This document shows, piece after piece, positions 19,150 through 31,065 of a DNA stretch of 64,000 nucleotides. A program made the position numbers and the translations under genes. Under the pieces are notes generated by a model. The model made no database searches and was not told the origin of the DNA. It saw only the letters and a list, made by a program, of their open reading frames with translations. This DNA is from an uncultured Acidobacteriota bacterium. Its GTDB lineage: Bacteria; Actinomycetota; Acidimicrobiia; Spongiisociales; ZC4RG35. The DNA is taken from NCBI GenBank assembly GCA_963828465.1, contig CAWHEU010000020.1, positions 128,001-192,000 of the forward strand, read 5' to 3'. Numbering within the stretch: the stretch's first letter is position 1; each line of letters opens with the position of its first letter.

Positions 19150-19560
19150 TCAGGTTCGAGAGCCGACGCCGAGCTCCGTCATCAACCCTCGAACCCGCCG
19201 CTCGATCTGATCCCTGATCTCGCGTACCTGTTCGACTGACTTGCCGCTCGGGTCGTCCAGTTCCCAATCGAGATACCGCTTGCCGGGAATGAACGGGCAG
19301 GAGTCACCACACCCCATCGTGACTATCACGTCGGCCGATCCGAGCATCTCATCGGTCCAAGCACGCGGAGTGGTATCGGAGATGTCGATCCCTTTCTCGG
19401 CCATAACGGCCACTGCTGCTGGATTGATCGAATCGGCCGGCTCCGATCCGGCGGAGAGGACATCGATCTGCCCCCCGGCGAGAGACCGAAGCAGACCGGC
19501 GGCCATCTGGGACCGGCCGGCGTTGTGCACGCACAGGAAGAGGACGCTGGGCTTGGGCAC
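19150..19560 (-). CDS. arsC: Arsenate reductase, LMW-PTPase family
   Basis: LFLCVHNAGRSQMA, TMGCGDSCP, DWELDDP. Confidence 0.88.
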   Translation of the reverse strand: MPKPSVLFLCVHNAGRSQMAAGLLRSLAGGQIDVLSAGSEPADSINPAAVAVMAEKGIDISDTTPRAWTDEMLGSADVIVTMGCGDSCPFIPGKRYLDWELDDPSGKSVEQVREIRDQIERRVRGLMTELGVGSRT

Positions 19561-19639
19561 ATGCCGAGCCTAAGACGGGCAGATGAACGTGGGGTTGCCG
19601 GATGACGGGCAAGATCGGGTAGGCCCGTACACTGACCTG

Positions 19640-19759
19640 GTGAAGCGACTCTCCCCCATCATCATCCTCGGCGCCATCGCCGCCTTCCTCATCATTCGCC
19701 GGCGCGATGCCGAGGTCGTGATCCCCGACTCAGCCTGGAACCCAGTCGACCCCTCGTGA
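19640..19759 (+). CDS. 39-aa single-TM small protein (DLW-39-like); absent from the ORF track
   Basis: GTG...MKRLSPIIILGAIAAFLIIRRRDAEVVIPDSAWNPVDPS*; TACACT -10 six nt upstream; GTGA overlap with the next gene. Confidence 0.65.
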   Translation: MKRLSPIIILGAIAAFLIIRRRDAEVVIPDSAWNPVDPS

Positions 19760-20391
19760 AGGTAGGCGTCCTCGCCAGCGGGGACACAGCAGTCCGGGCG
19801 GCCCACTCTCTGAGCGCTCATGACACCGTCGAGGAAGTCGTGGTCGTGGGACCGGCCCGCAGTCGCAGTTTCCGTGTGGTTCCCGATGCCTCCGAGTGCG
19901 ATCTCTTGATCGGGAGTGGGGACGACGCGCCTGTCCGTGCCAAAAATCTGGGGGTTCCGCTGCTCTGGGATGGGGGCAATCCGGCCGAAGGAGTAGTGGT
20001 CTGGGGTGCCTCTCCTGTCGGCCTCGCCCTCGCCCTCGGTGCCCGCGAACCCGATCCGAGGATCATTGCCGTCGCTCATCCTGATCTGGAAGAGGGGTTC
20101 GATCATCAGGTGCGATTCCCCGACCCGGTGGGTTCGGCCAAGGTCGCCGACACGACCTTCGGGGGGAGGCATGTGGCACTGGCCCAATCGCCCGCCCGGT
20201 TCGCCGCGTGTCTGGCCGTGGGGTCCGAGCGACAGGTCACCATCGTCGACGATGGCGCCTTCATGTCCGGAATCGCCCTGGCCGCCGCCATCGACGTCGT
20301 CGCGGACGACGTAGCGCCGGTGTGGGACTCGGCTCTGATCTATCTGCAGACCGTGGCCGTCATGGGCCTGGTCATGGCCGAAGACCGGTAG
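19756..20391 (+). CDS. Hypothetical protein with Rossmann-like N-terminus
   Basis: MKVGVLASGDTAVRAA resembles a degenerate dinucleotide-binding start; translationally coupled. Confidence 0.55.
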   Translation: MKVGVLASGDTAVRAAHSLSAHDTVEEVVVVGPARSRSFRVVPDASECDLLIGSGDDAPVRAKNLGVPLLWDGGNPAEGVVVWGASPVGLALALGAREPDPRIIAVAHPDLEEGFDHQVRFPDPVGSAKVADTTFGGRHVALAQSPARFAACLAVGSERQVTIVDDGAFMSGIALAAAIDVVADDVAPVWDSALIYLQTVAVMGLVMAEDR

Positions 20392-20401
20392 CTTCGGGCC
20401 G

Positions 20402-20761
20402 ATGTTGACGCTCGGCTCGGTGGTGTGGGGGGTGCGTGATGTCGCCGAGGCTGCCCGGTTTTGGTGCGAGGCGCTCCACTATGAGCCGCTGGATGAGCCC
20501 AACGATGATTGGGCGATTCTGGTCCCACGAGAGGGATCGGGTCAGCGGCTATCCATCAGGCTGGTGACGTCGGACCCGTTGCCCCGTCAGCGCCATCATA
20601 TCGACCTCTATGCCACCGACCAGAACGCCGAGGTCGATCGCCTGATGGGTCTAGGAGCTCGAAGCGTCGATTGGACCTACGAGGAGGACGCCGACTACGT
20701 GGTGCTCGCCGACCCGGACGGCAACCAATTCTGTGTCATCGACGCCTCCGAAGAGGGTTGA
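20402..20761 (+). CDS. VOC/glyoxalase family protein
   Basis: AARFW, RHHIDL, VLADPDGNQFCV. Confidence 0.88.
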   Translation: MLTLGSVVWGVRDVAEAARFWCEALHYEPLDEPNDDWAILVPREGSGQRLSIRLVTSDPLPRQRHHIDLYATDQNAEVDRLMGLGARSVDWTYEEDADYVVLADPDGNQFCVIDASEEG

Positions 20762-20773
20762 GGCCCTTTGCGC

Positions 20774-21283
20774 TCAGATACGCGGATCGAGTACCCGGGG
20801 GCTCTCTTCGGTCGGGATGTCGGCGTGATCGGGGGGAGGTGTCACCGAGCCGTTGCCCGGGCGGTAGTCGGCCGGCGGATGGAGGATCTGTGACGGGGCG
20901 GGGGCAACCACGGGGTTGAGAGTCTCTTCGAGGACGACGACCTCGAGCCCGCCGACCACATCGGACACCAGGTTGTAGACGATCGCACCGGCCACGGTCG
21001 CTCCCGTCATGGTGACCCACCAAACGACGGAGCCAAAGATCATGACTCTGAAGAACTGCTCGACGTTGGCGAACGGCTGGGCGCCCTCATCGATCAACGT
21101 GATCTCCACCATGAACTCGGTGAGACGCTGTGGCAGACCGGCGCGATCGAGCACCGACCAGAAGATCACTCCGCCCAGGACCATCGCGAGGGCCAGCACG
21201 GCCCAGACCACAGCCGACACTTTCAGCGCGGTCCAGGGGTCGATCTTTCGGATGATGCGTCTTACGCGACGAACAGTTGCCAT
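20774..21283 (-). CDS. DUF3566 membrane protein (Rv0007-like)
   Basis: IRKIDPWTALKVS, YNLVSDVVGGLEV; directly after gyrA. Confidence 0.88.
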   Translation of the reverse strand: MATVRRVRRIIRKIDPWTALKVSAVVWAVLALAMVLGGVIFWSVLDRAGLPQRLTEFMVEITLIDEGAQPFANVEQFFRVMIFGSVVWWVTMTGATVAGAIVYNLVSDVVGGLEVVVLEETLNPVVAPAPSQILHPPADYRPGNGSVTPPPDHADIPTEESPRVLDPRI

Positions 21284-21362
21284 AGGGCTCCTGAGGATTA
21301 CCGGGGCAGTCTAAAGGAAGACCGCACTAGTCCCAACGACACGAAACGGTCGATGGTTCCCC

Positions 21363-23797
21363 TCAATCGACCTCTTCGGAGACGATGGCCAGCGCCGACA
21401 GCTCGTTGCCGTCGCCGACGTGGATCACCCGGACCCCGGTCGAATCCCGTTTCTGACGGCTGATCTTCGCCACCGGGGTCCTGATTCCGATCCCCGCCGA
21501 GGAGATGAGGAAGACGTCGTCGTCCTTGGTGACGGCTCGCGCCCCGACCAGATTTCCCCGGACCCGGGTCAGCTTGAAGGCCTTGACTCCGATCCCGCCT
21601 CGGGTCTGACGGCGGAACTCCCCGATCACGGTCCTCTTGCCGTAACCGGCGGACGTGACGAGCAGCACTTCCTCGCCATCGACGTTCGACACTGCGGCAA
21701 CCACCTGATCGCCTTCACGGAGACGGATCCCGCGCACGCCCTGGGTGCCCCGCCCCATGCTGCGAAGGTCGGCCTCCTTGAAGCGGATCCCCATGCCCTC
21801 CTTGGTGAAGATCAGCACGTCGTTCTCACCGTTGGTGGTCCGCACCGTGACCAACTCGTCGCCGTCGACCAGCTTGATGGCGACAAGCGTCTGGTTACGC
21901 GACTCGTATTCCTTGAACTCGGTCTTCTTGGCAACGCCCTGCTTGGTGACCATCACGAGATAACGCCCGGTCTCGTAGTCCCTGGTGTCGATGATCGCCT
22001 GTACCTTCTCTTCGGGCTCGAGGGGCAGTACCGACTGGGCCATGACGCCCTTGGCGATCCGGGACTGCCGCGGGATGGCGTGGGCCTTGAGTCGATGGAC
22101 GAGACCCTTGTTGGTGAAGAACAACAGATAGGCGTGCGCGGTGGTATGGACGAGATGTTGGATGACGTCGGTCTCCTGTACCTCGGCGGCCTTCACCCCA
22201 CGCCCGCCACGGCCCTGGGTCTTGTAGGTCGACGCCGGCACCGACTTGATGTAGCCGGCTGAGGACACCGTCACGATCAGTTCGTCGTCGGCGATGAGGT
22301 CTTCCAGGGAGAGATCGCCCTCGTCGGGAATGACCCGGCTCCGACGGTTCTCCCCGTACTTCTCCTTGATGTCTGCGAGCTCATCCCGGATGATCGCCCA
22401 GCGGCGCTTGGGGTCGGCCAGGATGGCCTCCAGCTCGGCGATAACGCCGTGCAGTTCGGCCAACTCGGTGCGGAGCTTGTCCACCTCGAGGGCTGTGAGC
22501 CGGCGCAGTGGCATGTCGAGAACGGCGTTGGCCTGGATCTCGCTCAGCTCGAACCGATCGATGAGGTTGCCCGGGCGTCGGCGGTGTCGGCCGATCCACG
22601 GATGATCTTGATGACCTCGTCGATGTTGTCGACGGCGATGATGAGGCCCTCGAGGATGTGGGCTCTGGCCTGAGCCTCCTCCAGACGGAAGCGGGTCCTC
22701 CGCTCCACTACCTCCATCTGATGATCGAGGTAGTAGCCGATCATCTCGGCCAGATCGAGGGTTCGGGGAACCCCGTCGACCAGCGACACCATGTTGTATC
22801 CGAACGAATCCTGAAGGGGAGTGTTCTTGAACAGTTGGTTGAGGACGACCTGGGGGACGGCGGTGCTCTTCAGTTCGATGACGAGCCGGGTGCCAACCCG
22901 ATCGGATGACTCGTTGCGAACCTCGGCGATGCCCTCGAGACGCTTGTTGTCGACCAGTTCCTTGATCTTGGCGATGATCCGCTCCATCGACACCTGGTAG
23001 GGCAACTCGGTGGCGATGATGGCGGTGCGGCCCTTGCGGATCTCCTGCACATCGCAGACCGCCCGGATCTTGACCGATCCCCGGCCGGTGGTCAGGGCAT
23101 CCCGGATCCCACCGGTGCCGACGATGAAGCCACCGGTGGGGAAATCAGGTCCTTTGACGAAGCCGAGCAGCTCCTCGGTGGTGGCGTCGGGGTTGTCGAT
23201 GACATGGGTGCAGGCATCGATGATCTCGTTGAGGTTGTGGGGCGGGATGTTGGTGGCCATGCCGACCGCGATCCCCTGAGAGCCGTTGACGAGCAGATTG
23301 GGGAACCGGGCGGGGAGCACCGACGGCTGCTGCATCTCCCCCGAGTAGTTGTCCTCGAAGTCGACCGTGTCCTCCCTGATCCCCTCGAGGAGGTGATTGG
23401 ACAGCTTGGTGAGCCGGCACTCGGTGTACCTGGCGGCGCCGGGCGGGTCGTCGATGCTGCCGAAGTTGCCCTGCGGGTCGATGAGGAGATGACGCATCGA
23501 GAAGTCCTGGCCCATGCGGACCAGGGCGTCGTAGATCGCGGTGTCGCCGTGAGGGTGATAGTTACCCATCACGTCACCGACGACTTTGGAGCACTTGCGA
23601 TGGGCCGAGGCCGCGGTGATGTTGTTCTCGAACATCGAGTAGATGATCCGCCGCTGCACCGGCTTCAGACCGTCGCGGACGTCGGGCAGGGCCCGGGAGA
23701 CGATGACCGACATGGCGTAGTCGACGAAGCTCTGCTCCATCTCGTCGGTGATCTCGATCTGGGGCACGCCCTCCGCTGGTGGGTTCCGTGTCGCCAT
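21363..23797 (-). CDS. gyrA: DNA gyrase subunit A; split by an apparent 1-nt deletion near 22571
   Basis: RALPDVRDGLKPVQRR, YHPHGD, ARYTE in ORF 22544..23797; QGRGGRG GyrA-box and pinwheel repeats in ORF 21363..22514; one added G gives ARGNLIDRFELSEIQANAVLDMPLRRL. Confidence 0.95.
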
Positions 23798-23800
23798 GTT

Positions 23801-25789
<1,989 letters not shown>

Positions 25790-25849
25790 TCACGGATGTC
25801 ATTTTACCGGAAATACCTGATCAAAACGAATCAATCAAGGGGTCTGGCG

Positions 25850-26155
25850 TCACCGGTTCGGAGGTGCCCGCACCTCGATCCTGTCGATCACCCCTTCACC
25901 CAGAGCCCTCCCTAGGGCAGACACCAGATCGGCGCTTCCATATCTCAGGAACGCGACCATCGAAGGTGACTCCGCCTCCACGACGAGGGTCTTGCCCTGG
26001 ATGAAGAGAGGCTTGGAACGACCCGAAAACGGTGTGCCGGCCAGCTCATCCCAGCCGGAGGCGAGACGGGACAATGCCATTGGATCCGACATCCCCATCT
26101 TGCGGAACATCGCCTCCAATGAGGCGCCGAACGAGGTGAGATCTCCTTCGCTCAT
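25850..26155 (-). CDS. DUF721 / DciA family protein
   Basis: ATGA overlap with recF stop; WDELAG...LVVEAESP; conserved recF-DUF721-gyrB position. Confidence 0.8.
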   Translation of the reverse strand: MSEGDLTSFGASLEAMFRKMGMSDPMALSRLASGWDELAGTPFSGRSKPLFIQGKTLVVEAESPSMVAFLRYGSADLVSALGRALGEGVIDRIEVRAPPNR

Positions 26156-27246
26156 CGTCGCACCCCGGCGCCCACCCTCCACACCGCGCCTTCGACCGGC
26201 ACATCCTCGGGACGTGCCGAGCTGATCAGGGTCTGGGTGTCCTCCGGCAGCGTCTTGGCGAGAGCCTCGGCCCGCTGCGGGTCGAGCTCGGAGAAGACAT
26301 CGTCGAGGAGCAGGACCGGGGGCTCGTCGATCATCTCTGCCACCGAGCGGTGGGCGGCGAGCTTGATTGCCAGCGCCATCGTCCTCTGCTCGCCCTGGCT
26401 TCCGTGGGTGCGGGTGTCGATCCCATCGAGAGCGAGGACCGGCTCGTCGCGATGAGGCCCGACCGAGGTGAGCCTCCGGTCGTAGTCGATCTTTCGCGAC
26501 GTCTCCAGGGACCTCAGGATCGCTGCAGTGAAGTCGGCGGCGGCGCCGTCCAGGGCATCCCCGGCGCCCCACGTCGCGATGTATCCGATGGAAGCCCGCT
26601 CCGGTTTCCCGGCAATGTCGCCATAGGCCGATTCCAGATGCGGTGACAGGGTCTCGATCACGCGGGCGCGCCTCGACATGACCCGGCCACCCGACTGAGC
26701 GAGACGGGCGTCCCAGACCGAGAGGGTCGTGTCGTCGCGCTCGCCAGACTTCAGGAAGGCGTTTCTCTGGCGAAGGGCCCGGTCGAACTCGCCTTGATCG
26801 TGATGAGCGGCGGGCCAGAGTTGCACGGCGACGGCGTCGAGGAGGTCCCGGCGGTAGGCAGGCCCCCGCTTCACCAGGTCCAGGTCATCGGGGAGAAAGG
26901 CAATCACACGAAGCACACCGAGCAGATCGGCGGTCTTCCGGAGACGGCTCTTGTCCAGCTGGGTACGGCGGGCGCCGGACCTGGGCAGCTCGATCTCGAC
27001 GAGGCGTTCCCGCGAGCCGCTGGAGACCTCGGCCCTGACTACAGCGGCCGTCTCACCGTCGGCAATCAGCGAAGGGTCGGGGACCGATCGGAACGATCGG
27101 AGGGACGAGAGGTAGGCGATCGCCTCGAGGAGGTTGGTCTTCCCGGCCCCGTTGGGACCGAGCAGGAGGTTGACTCCGGGGTCGGGCTGCCACTCGAGCT
27201 CCTGATAGGAACGGAAGTGGGCGAGCGAAACCCAGTCGACCTTCAT
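26152..27246 (-). CDS. recF: DNA replication/repair protein RecF
   Basis: GPNGAGKTN, GPHRD, SQGEQR, LLLDDVFSELD. Confidence 0.97.
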   Translation of the reverse strand: MKVDWVSLAHFRSYQELEWQPDPGVNLLLGPNGAGKTNLLEAIAYLSSLRSFRSVPDPSLIADGETAAVVRAEVSSGSRERLVEIELPRSGARRTQLDKSRLRKTADLLGVLRVIAFLPDDLDLVKRGPAYRRDLLDAVAVQLWPAAHHDQGEFDRALRQRNAFLKSGERDDTTLSVWDARLAQSGGRVMSRRARVIETLSPHLESAYGDIAGKPERASIGYIATWGAGDALDGAAADFTAAILRSLETSRKIDYDRRLTSVGPHRDEPVLALDGIDTRTHGSQGEQRTMALAIKLAAHRSVAEMIDEPPVLLLDDVFSELDPQRAEALAKTLPEDTQTLISSARPEDVPVEGAVWRVGAGVRR

Positions 27247-28329
27247 TCAGACCCGGACGGGCATCAGCAGGTAGAGGAAGTCATCCTCGGCGCCGCTGTC
27301 GATCACGCTCGGCTTGAACGCGTCGATGACCCGGATCCGAATCGAATCGCCCGAGATCGCTGTAACTCCATCCTGGAGGTATCTCGGATTGAACGCGATC
27401 GACACCTCTTCCTCGGCACCCTCAAAAACACCAGGGAGGTGCTCGGTCTCACCGCCTACATCCTGGCGGGTGACGGCCACCTCCACCCCACCCTCCAGGA
27501 GCTTGAGACGCACCGGAATGTGATCCTCGGCAACGAGGGTGACCCGGCCAAGAGCCTCGAGCAGGACGTCCTTCTCCAGCACCACCTGACTCGGGTAGCT
27601 CTCGGGCAGCAACGACTGGTACTTGGGGAAGTTCCCGTCGATCAGCCTCAACCGCAGCATCCCCTTGTCCGACGTGAACACCGCCTCGCGGTCACGCAAC
27701 TGAGCGGTCACTTTCGTCGACCCGATGGAACGGGGCAGCTCCCTCAAGCCGCGAGCCGGCACCAGCGCAGACCCCTCCAGTCCCACTCCTTTGAGTTCCT
27801 TTTTGGCCAGCCGGTACGAGTCGGTCGCCACCATGCGAAGACCCTCGTCGGAGCTCTCGAATAGAACTCCCGTCAGGATCGGACGGGCGCCGTCGCCGGA
27901 GGCTGCGATCGTCACCTGGGAGATCGCCTCGGCCAGCTCCTCGCCATCGACCTCGACTCCATCGGCCACCACGTCCTCCTGCACCGGGAAGTCGTCGACG
28001 GTGAGAGGGCGAAGCGTGAAGCGGGGGCCATTCCCCTGGATCTCGATGTCCGTGTCACTCACTCCGATGGTCACCGCACCTGCCGGCATCTTGCGGACCG
28101 CCTCCGAGAGGAGACGGCCCGGGATGACGGCTCGTCCCTCCTCCATCACCTCGACCTCGGCCGCCGTGCGCACGGTCACATCGAGGTCGGTGCCGGTCAC
28201 TCGGAGCGTGGTGCCAGAGACCTCGCACAACAGGCCCTGCAGGACCGGCAAGGCGGTGCGAGCGCCTACCGCCCGGTTGGCTCGGGCGAGGACATCGGCG
28301 AGATCGTCTCGCTGTGCTCGGATTCTCAC
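27247..28329 (-). CDS. dnaN: DNA polymerase III beta clamp
   Basis: ATDSYRLA, GNFPKY, AFNPRY, YLLMPVR. Confidence 0.97.
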   Translation of the reverse strand: MRIRAQRDDLADVLARANRAVGARTALPVLQGLLCEVSGTTLRVTGTDLDVTVRTAAEVEVMEEGRAVIPGRLLSEAVRKMPAGAVTIGVSDTDIEIQGNGPRFTLRPLTVDDFPVQEDVVADGVEVDGEELAEAISQVTIAASGDGARPILTGVLFESSDEGLRMVATDSYRLAKKELKGVGLEGSALVPARGLRELPRSIGSTKVTAQLRDREAVFTSDKGMLRLRLIDGNFPKYQSLLPESYPSQVVLEKDVLLEALGRVTLVAEDHIPVRLKLLEGGVEVAVTRQDVGGETEHLPGVFEGAEEEVSIAFNPRYLQDGVTAISGDSIRIRVIDAFKPSVIDSGAEDDFLYLLMPVRV

Positions 28330-28520
28330 AGGTGGAGGTCCCTTCTTCTGCTCCTATTGATTTTCATTTGAAGAGTATTAGTCGTAGTAGAGGGTTGTGG
28401 ATTTGGGGATTACCTGCATTCTCGCAGGCTCCGGCGGGTGTTTTGCCTGTGCAGTGGGATGTGGACCTTCTGTGTGATAGTCGCCTGCAGTCGGGGATAA
28501 CTCAGCCACGTGTGGATATG
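28330..28520. other. oriC: Replication origin oriC (unwinding module)
   Basis: dnaA-dnaN spacer; AT-rich tract about 28355-28380; TAG TCG TAG TAG trios 28379-28390; adjacent boxes TGTGGATTT and TGGGGATTA 28396-28412; further degenerate boxes. Confidence 0.85.
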
Positions 28521-29890
28521 CCCCCGCCTTTCCTCAGGTCCTGTGTGAGTTGTGTGACCCGGTCGAACACGGCCCGATCGGAGCGCAAGATCCTCTTCAC
28601 CTTCTCCACGGAATGCAGGACTGTGGTGTGGTCCCGCTTGAAGTGCTCACCGATCTTGGGCAGCGAGAGATCGGTGAGCTCCCGGCACAAGTACATCGAG
28701 ATCTGACGGCACAGGACGAGGGGTTGGCGCCGGCTCGGGCTGAGCACGTCTTCGACGGTGAAGCCATACGCCGTGGCAGTCGCCCTGATGATCATGTCCG
28801 GCCCAAGGGGGGCCAGATCCTCGTTGGTGACTATGTCCCGGAGTACCCGCTCGGCGGTCTCGAGGTCGATGTCCCGCCGATTGAGGGCCGACCAGGCGGT
28901 GACCCTGGTCAGGGCACCCTCGAGCTCGCGGATGTTGTCGGAGACCAGCCCGGCGATGTGCTCGAGGACCTCGAGGGGCACAGGGCGAGGGGCAAACTCC
29001 GCGTTCCTCCGCAGGATGGCGAGGCGAGTCTCCACGTCCGGGGGCTGGATATCCGTGAGCAGGCCCCATTCGAATCGGCTGCGCAGCCGGTCCTCCAACG
29101 AAGACAGGTTGCGGGGGTGGCGGTCGGAGCTGATGACCATCTGCTTACCGGACTCGTAGAGCGAGTTGAAGGTGTGGAAGAACTCCTCGAGGATCTGCTC
29201 CTTGCCCTCGAAGAACTGAACGTCGTCCAACAAGAGGATGTCGACTCCCCGGTACCTGTGTTTGAAGTCATCGGCCCGCTTGCGGCGGATCGAGTCGATG
29301 AAGTCGTTGAGGAAGTTCTCCGACGAGACATATCGGACCACCAGATTGGGGTACATCTCGAGAGCTTGATGTCCCACTGCGTTGAGCAGGTGGGTCTTGC
29401 CCAAGCCGGCACCGCCATAGATGAACAGCGGGTTGTAGTGAGCACCGGGCTGTTCGGCGACGGCCATGGCTGCTGCCCAGGCGAAACGGTTCGACTGGCC
29501 CACGACGAAGCTCTCGAAGCGATAACGGGAGAACAGATTGGTCGCCGGAACGCCGTCGCCACTCCCGGTCGCCGATCGATGAGTCGGATCGGCGAGACCA
29601 TCGTCGAGGGGCAGACCGGGCTCGACTCCGGGCTCGGGCTCGACGACCTTGAAAACCGGGTGAGAGTGGTTCCCGAAAGCGTCGCGATAAGCGGAATCGA
29701 TCAACTCCCCGTGCTTGTCGCGCACCCAGCGCAGATGGAATTCGCTCGGCGCGACCAGGGTGGGGGTCTCACCCCCGAAGTCGGGCTCGAGACGCGATAA
29801 CCAGGTGTCCCAGTTCCCTTTCGAAACTCCGGCCCTCAACACATCTTGAAATTGGCCCCAGCCGCCCGGCGCCGTCTGCTCTTGTACCAA
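28502..29890 (-). CDS. dnaA: Chromosomal replication initiator DnaA
   Basis: YNPLFIYGGAGLGKTHL, LLDDVQF, RLRSRFEWGL, NIRELEGAL, RDHTTV; TTG start after AGGAGG. Confidence 0.97.
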   Translation of the reverse strand: MVQEQTAPGGWGQFQDVLRAGVSKGNWDTWLSRLEPDFGGETPTLVAPSEFHLRWVRDKHGELIDSAYRDAFGNHSHPVFKVVEPEPGVEPGLPLDDGLADPTHRSATGSGDGVPATNLFSRYRFESFVVGQSNRFAWAAAMAVAEQPGAHYNPLFIYGGAGLGKTHLLNAVGHQALEMYPNLVVRYVSSENFLNDFIDSIRRKRADDFKHRYRGVDILLLDDVQFFEGKEQILEEFFHTFNSLYESGKQMVISSDRHPRNLSSLEDRLRSRFEWGLLTDIQPPDVETRLAILRRNAEFAPRPVPLEVLEHIAGLVSDNIRELEGALTRVTAWSALNRRDIDLETAERVLRDIVTNEDLAPLGPDMIIRATATAYGFTVEDVLSPSRRQPLVLCRQISMYLCRELTDLSLPKIGEHFKRDHTTVLHSVEKVKRILRSDRAVFDRVTQLTQDLRKGGGISTRG

Positions 29891-29913
29891 GACCACTCCT
29901 CCTGCCGGGAAGG

Positions 29914-30175
29914 TTGTCCACAGATCCATCCACATCTGTGGAAAGGACTGTGGAACATCCACCGGGAACATCCATCAGCTCGTCACCGAGAGCGGTCTAG
30001 TCCTCCGCGGACGACTGGGGAAGTCGATCGCGCTCCCAAGGCCAAGGCAGGCGAGTATCGACCCTCGATCGCGACTCCGTCAAGAACGCGAGAATTGACG
30101 GTGTGGAAGAGTGGTGTCGGTTCTATCCACAGGGAAATCCCAGGTCGGCTCTGGTTTTTCCAGTCTCTTCCACAC
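29914..30175. promoter_or_regulatory. DnaA-box cluster in the dnaA-rpmH spacer
   Basis: TTGTCCACA 29914-29922, CCATCCACA, TGTGGAAAG, TGTGGAACA, TGTGGAAGA, CTATCCACA, TCTTCCACA. Confidence 0.8.
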
Positions 30176-30373
30176 GTTCCTCTGCCCAAAACCGGGCCAA
30201 TCGGCTGTGGCATTCTTTTCGCGAGTTATTTGGTTTCTTCGCGCTCCGGCCCATCTGGCGCCGCGAGGTGGTCGAGGGCTCGGTCCAGTCAGCAATCGAA
30301 TCGGACTTTGACATAGTTCGGCGAGGATTCGTAACCTATCGTGACTCACACTTCTACCCCCCCTTGTTTTGTC

Positions 30374-30508
30374 ATGAAGAGGACTTACCAACCCAAGGTT
30401 CGAAGGCGAAAGCGCCGTCACGGCTTCCGTCATCGCATGCAGACCCGAGCTGGGCGCGGGATCGTCAAGTCGCGCCGGCTCAAAGGTCGGAAGCGTCTCG
30501 CTGCCTGA
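30374..30508 (+). CDS. rpmH: 50S ribosomal protein L34; absent from the ORF track
   Basis: [44 protein letters not shown]. Confidence 0.97.
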   Translation: MKRTYQPKVRRRKRRHGFRHRMQTRAGRGIVKSRRLKGRKRLAA

Positions 30509-30824
30509 CTTCGAATCCCTTCGCTCCCCTAGAGACTTTCGACGGGTGCTGAAGGAGGGGACAAGACGCCGCTCGGGGGGCGTCGTGATGGTGAAATGCT
30601 CCGGTCAGCCGGGAGTGTCACGTGTCGGGCTCGTTGTCTCGAGGAGCGCCGGCAATGCGGTCACCCGGAATCGGATCAAGCGCCGTCTTCGACACTCGCT
30701 GCGTGGGGTGGATTTGAAACCAGGATCGGATTACGTGTTCATCGGTAGCAGCCAGGTAGCAGATGCCCCGCATCCCCAGCTGATGGGGTGGCTGGAACGC
30801 GCCCTCGAGACGCCTGATGTCTGA
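30501..30824 (+). CDS. rnpA: Ribonuclease P protein component (start uncertain: CTG 30501 or GTG 30546)
   Basis: [11 protein letters not shown] upstream in frame; [22 protein letters not shown] motif. Confidence 0.9.
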   Translation: MPDFESLRSPRDFRRVLKEGTRRRSGGVVMVKCSGQPGVSRVGLVVSRSAGNAVTRNRIKRRLRHSLRGVDLKPGSDYVFIGSSQVADAPHPQLMGWLERALETPDV

Positions 30825-31065
30825 CTCGATCTTCCGTCCTCGCATGATTGCCGTGGGCTTCATCGGGATTTACCAGAAATTGGTAAGTCCCAACATCGGA
30901 GCCAACTGCCGCTACCAGCCGACCTGCTCGCATTACACGGCCGAGGCGATCGAGCGGTTCGGAGTGATCCGGGGGTCCTGGCTCGGGATGAAGCGAATCG
31001 GCAGGTGTCATCCCCTCCGCCCTGGTGGCTATGACCCGGTGCCTGAGACCTGGAGAGCTCACTGA
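30817..31065 (+). CDS. yidD: Membrane protein insertion efficiency factor
   Basis: [24 protein letters not shown]. Confidence 0.95.
   Translation: MSDSIFRPRMIAVGFIGIYQKLVSPNIGANCRYQPTCSHYTAEAIERFGVIRGSWLGMKRIGRCHPLRPGGYDPVPETWRAH

Noticed and set aside
21363-23797. Genuine split gyrA, pseudogene or programmed frameshift
   Set aside because: One base in a homopolymer restores it, no slippery heptamer is evident, and similar breaks recur in the window
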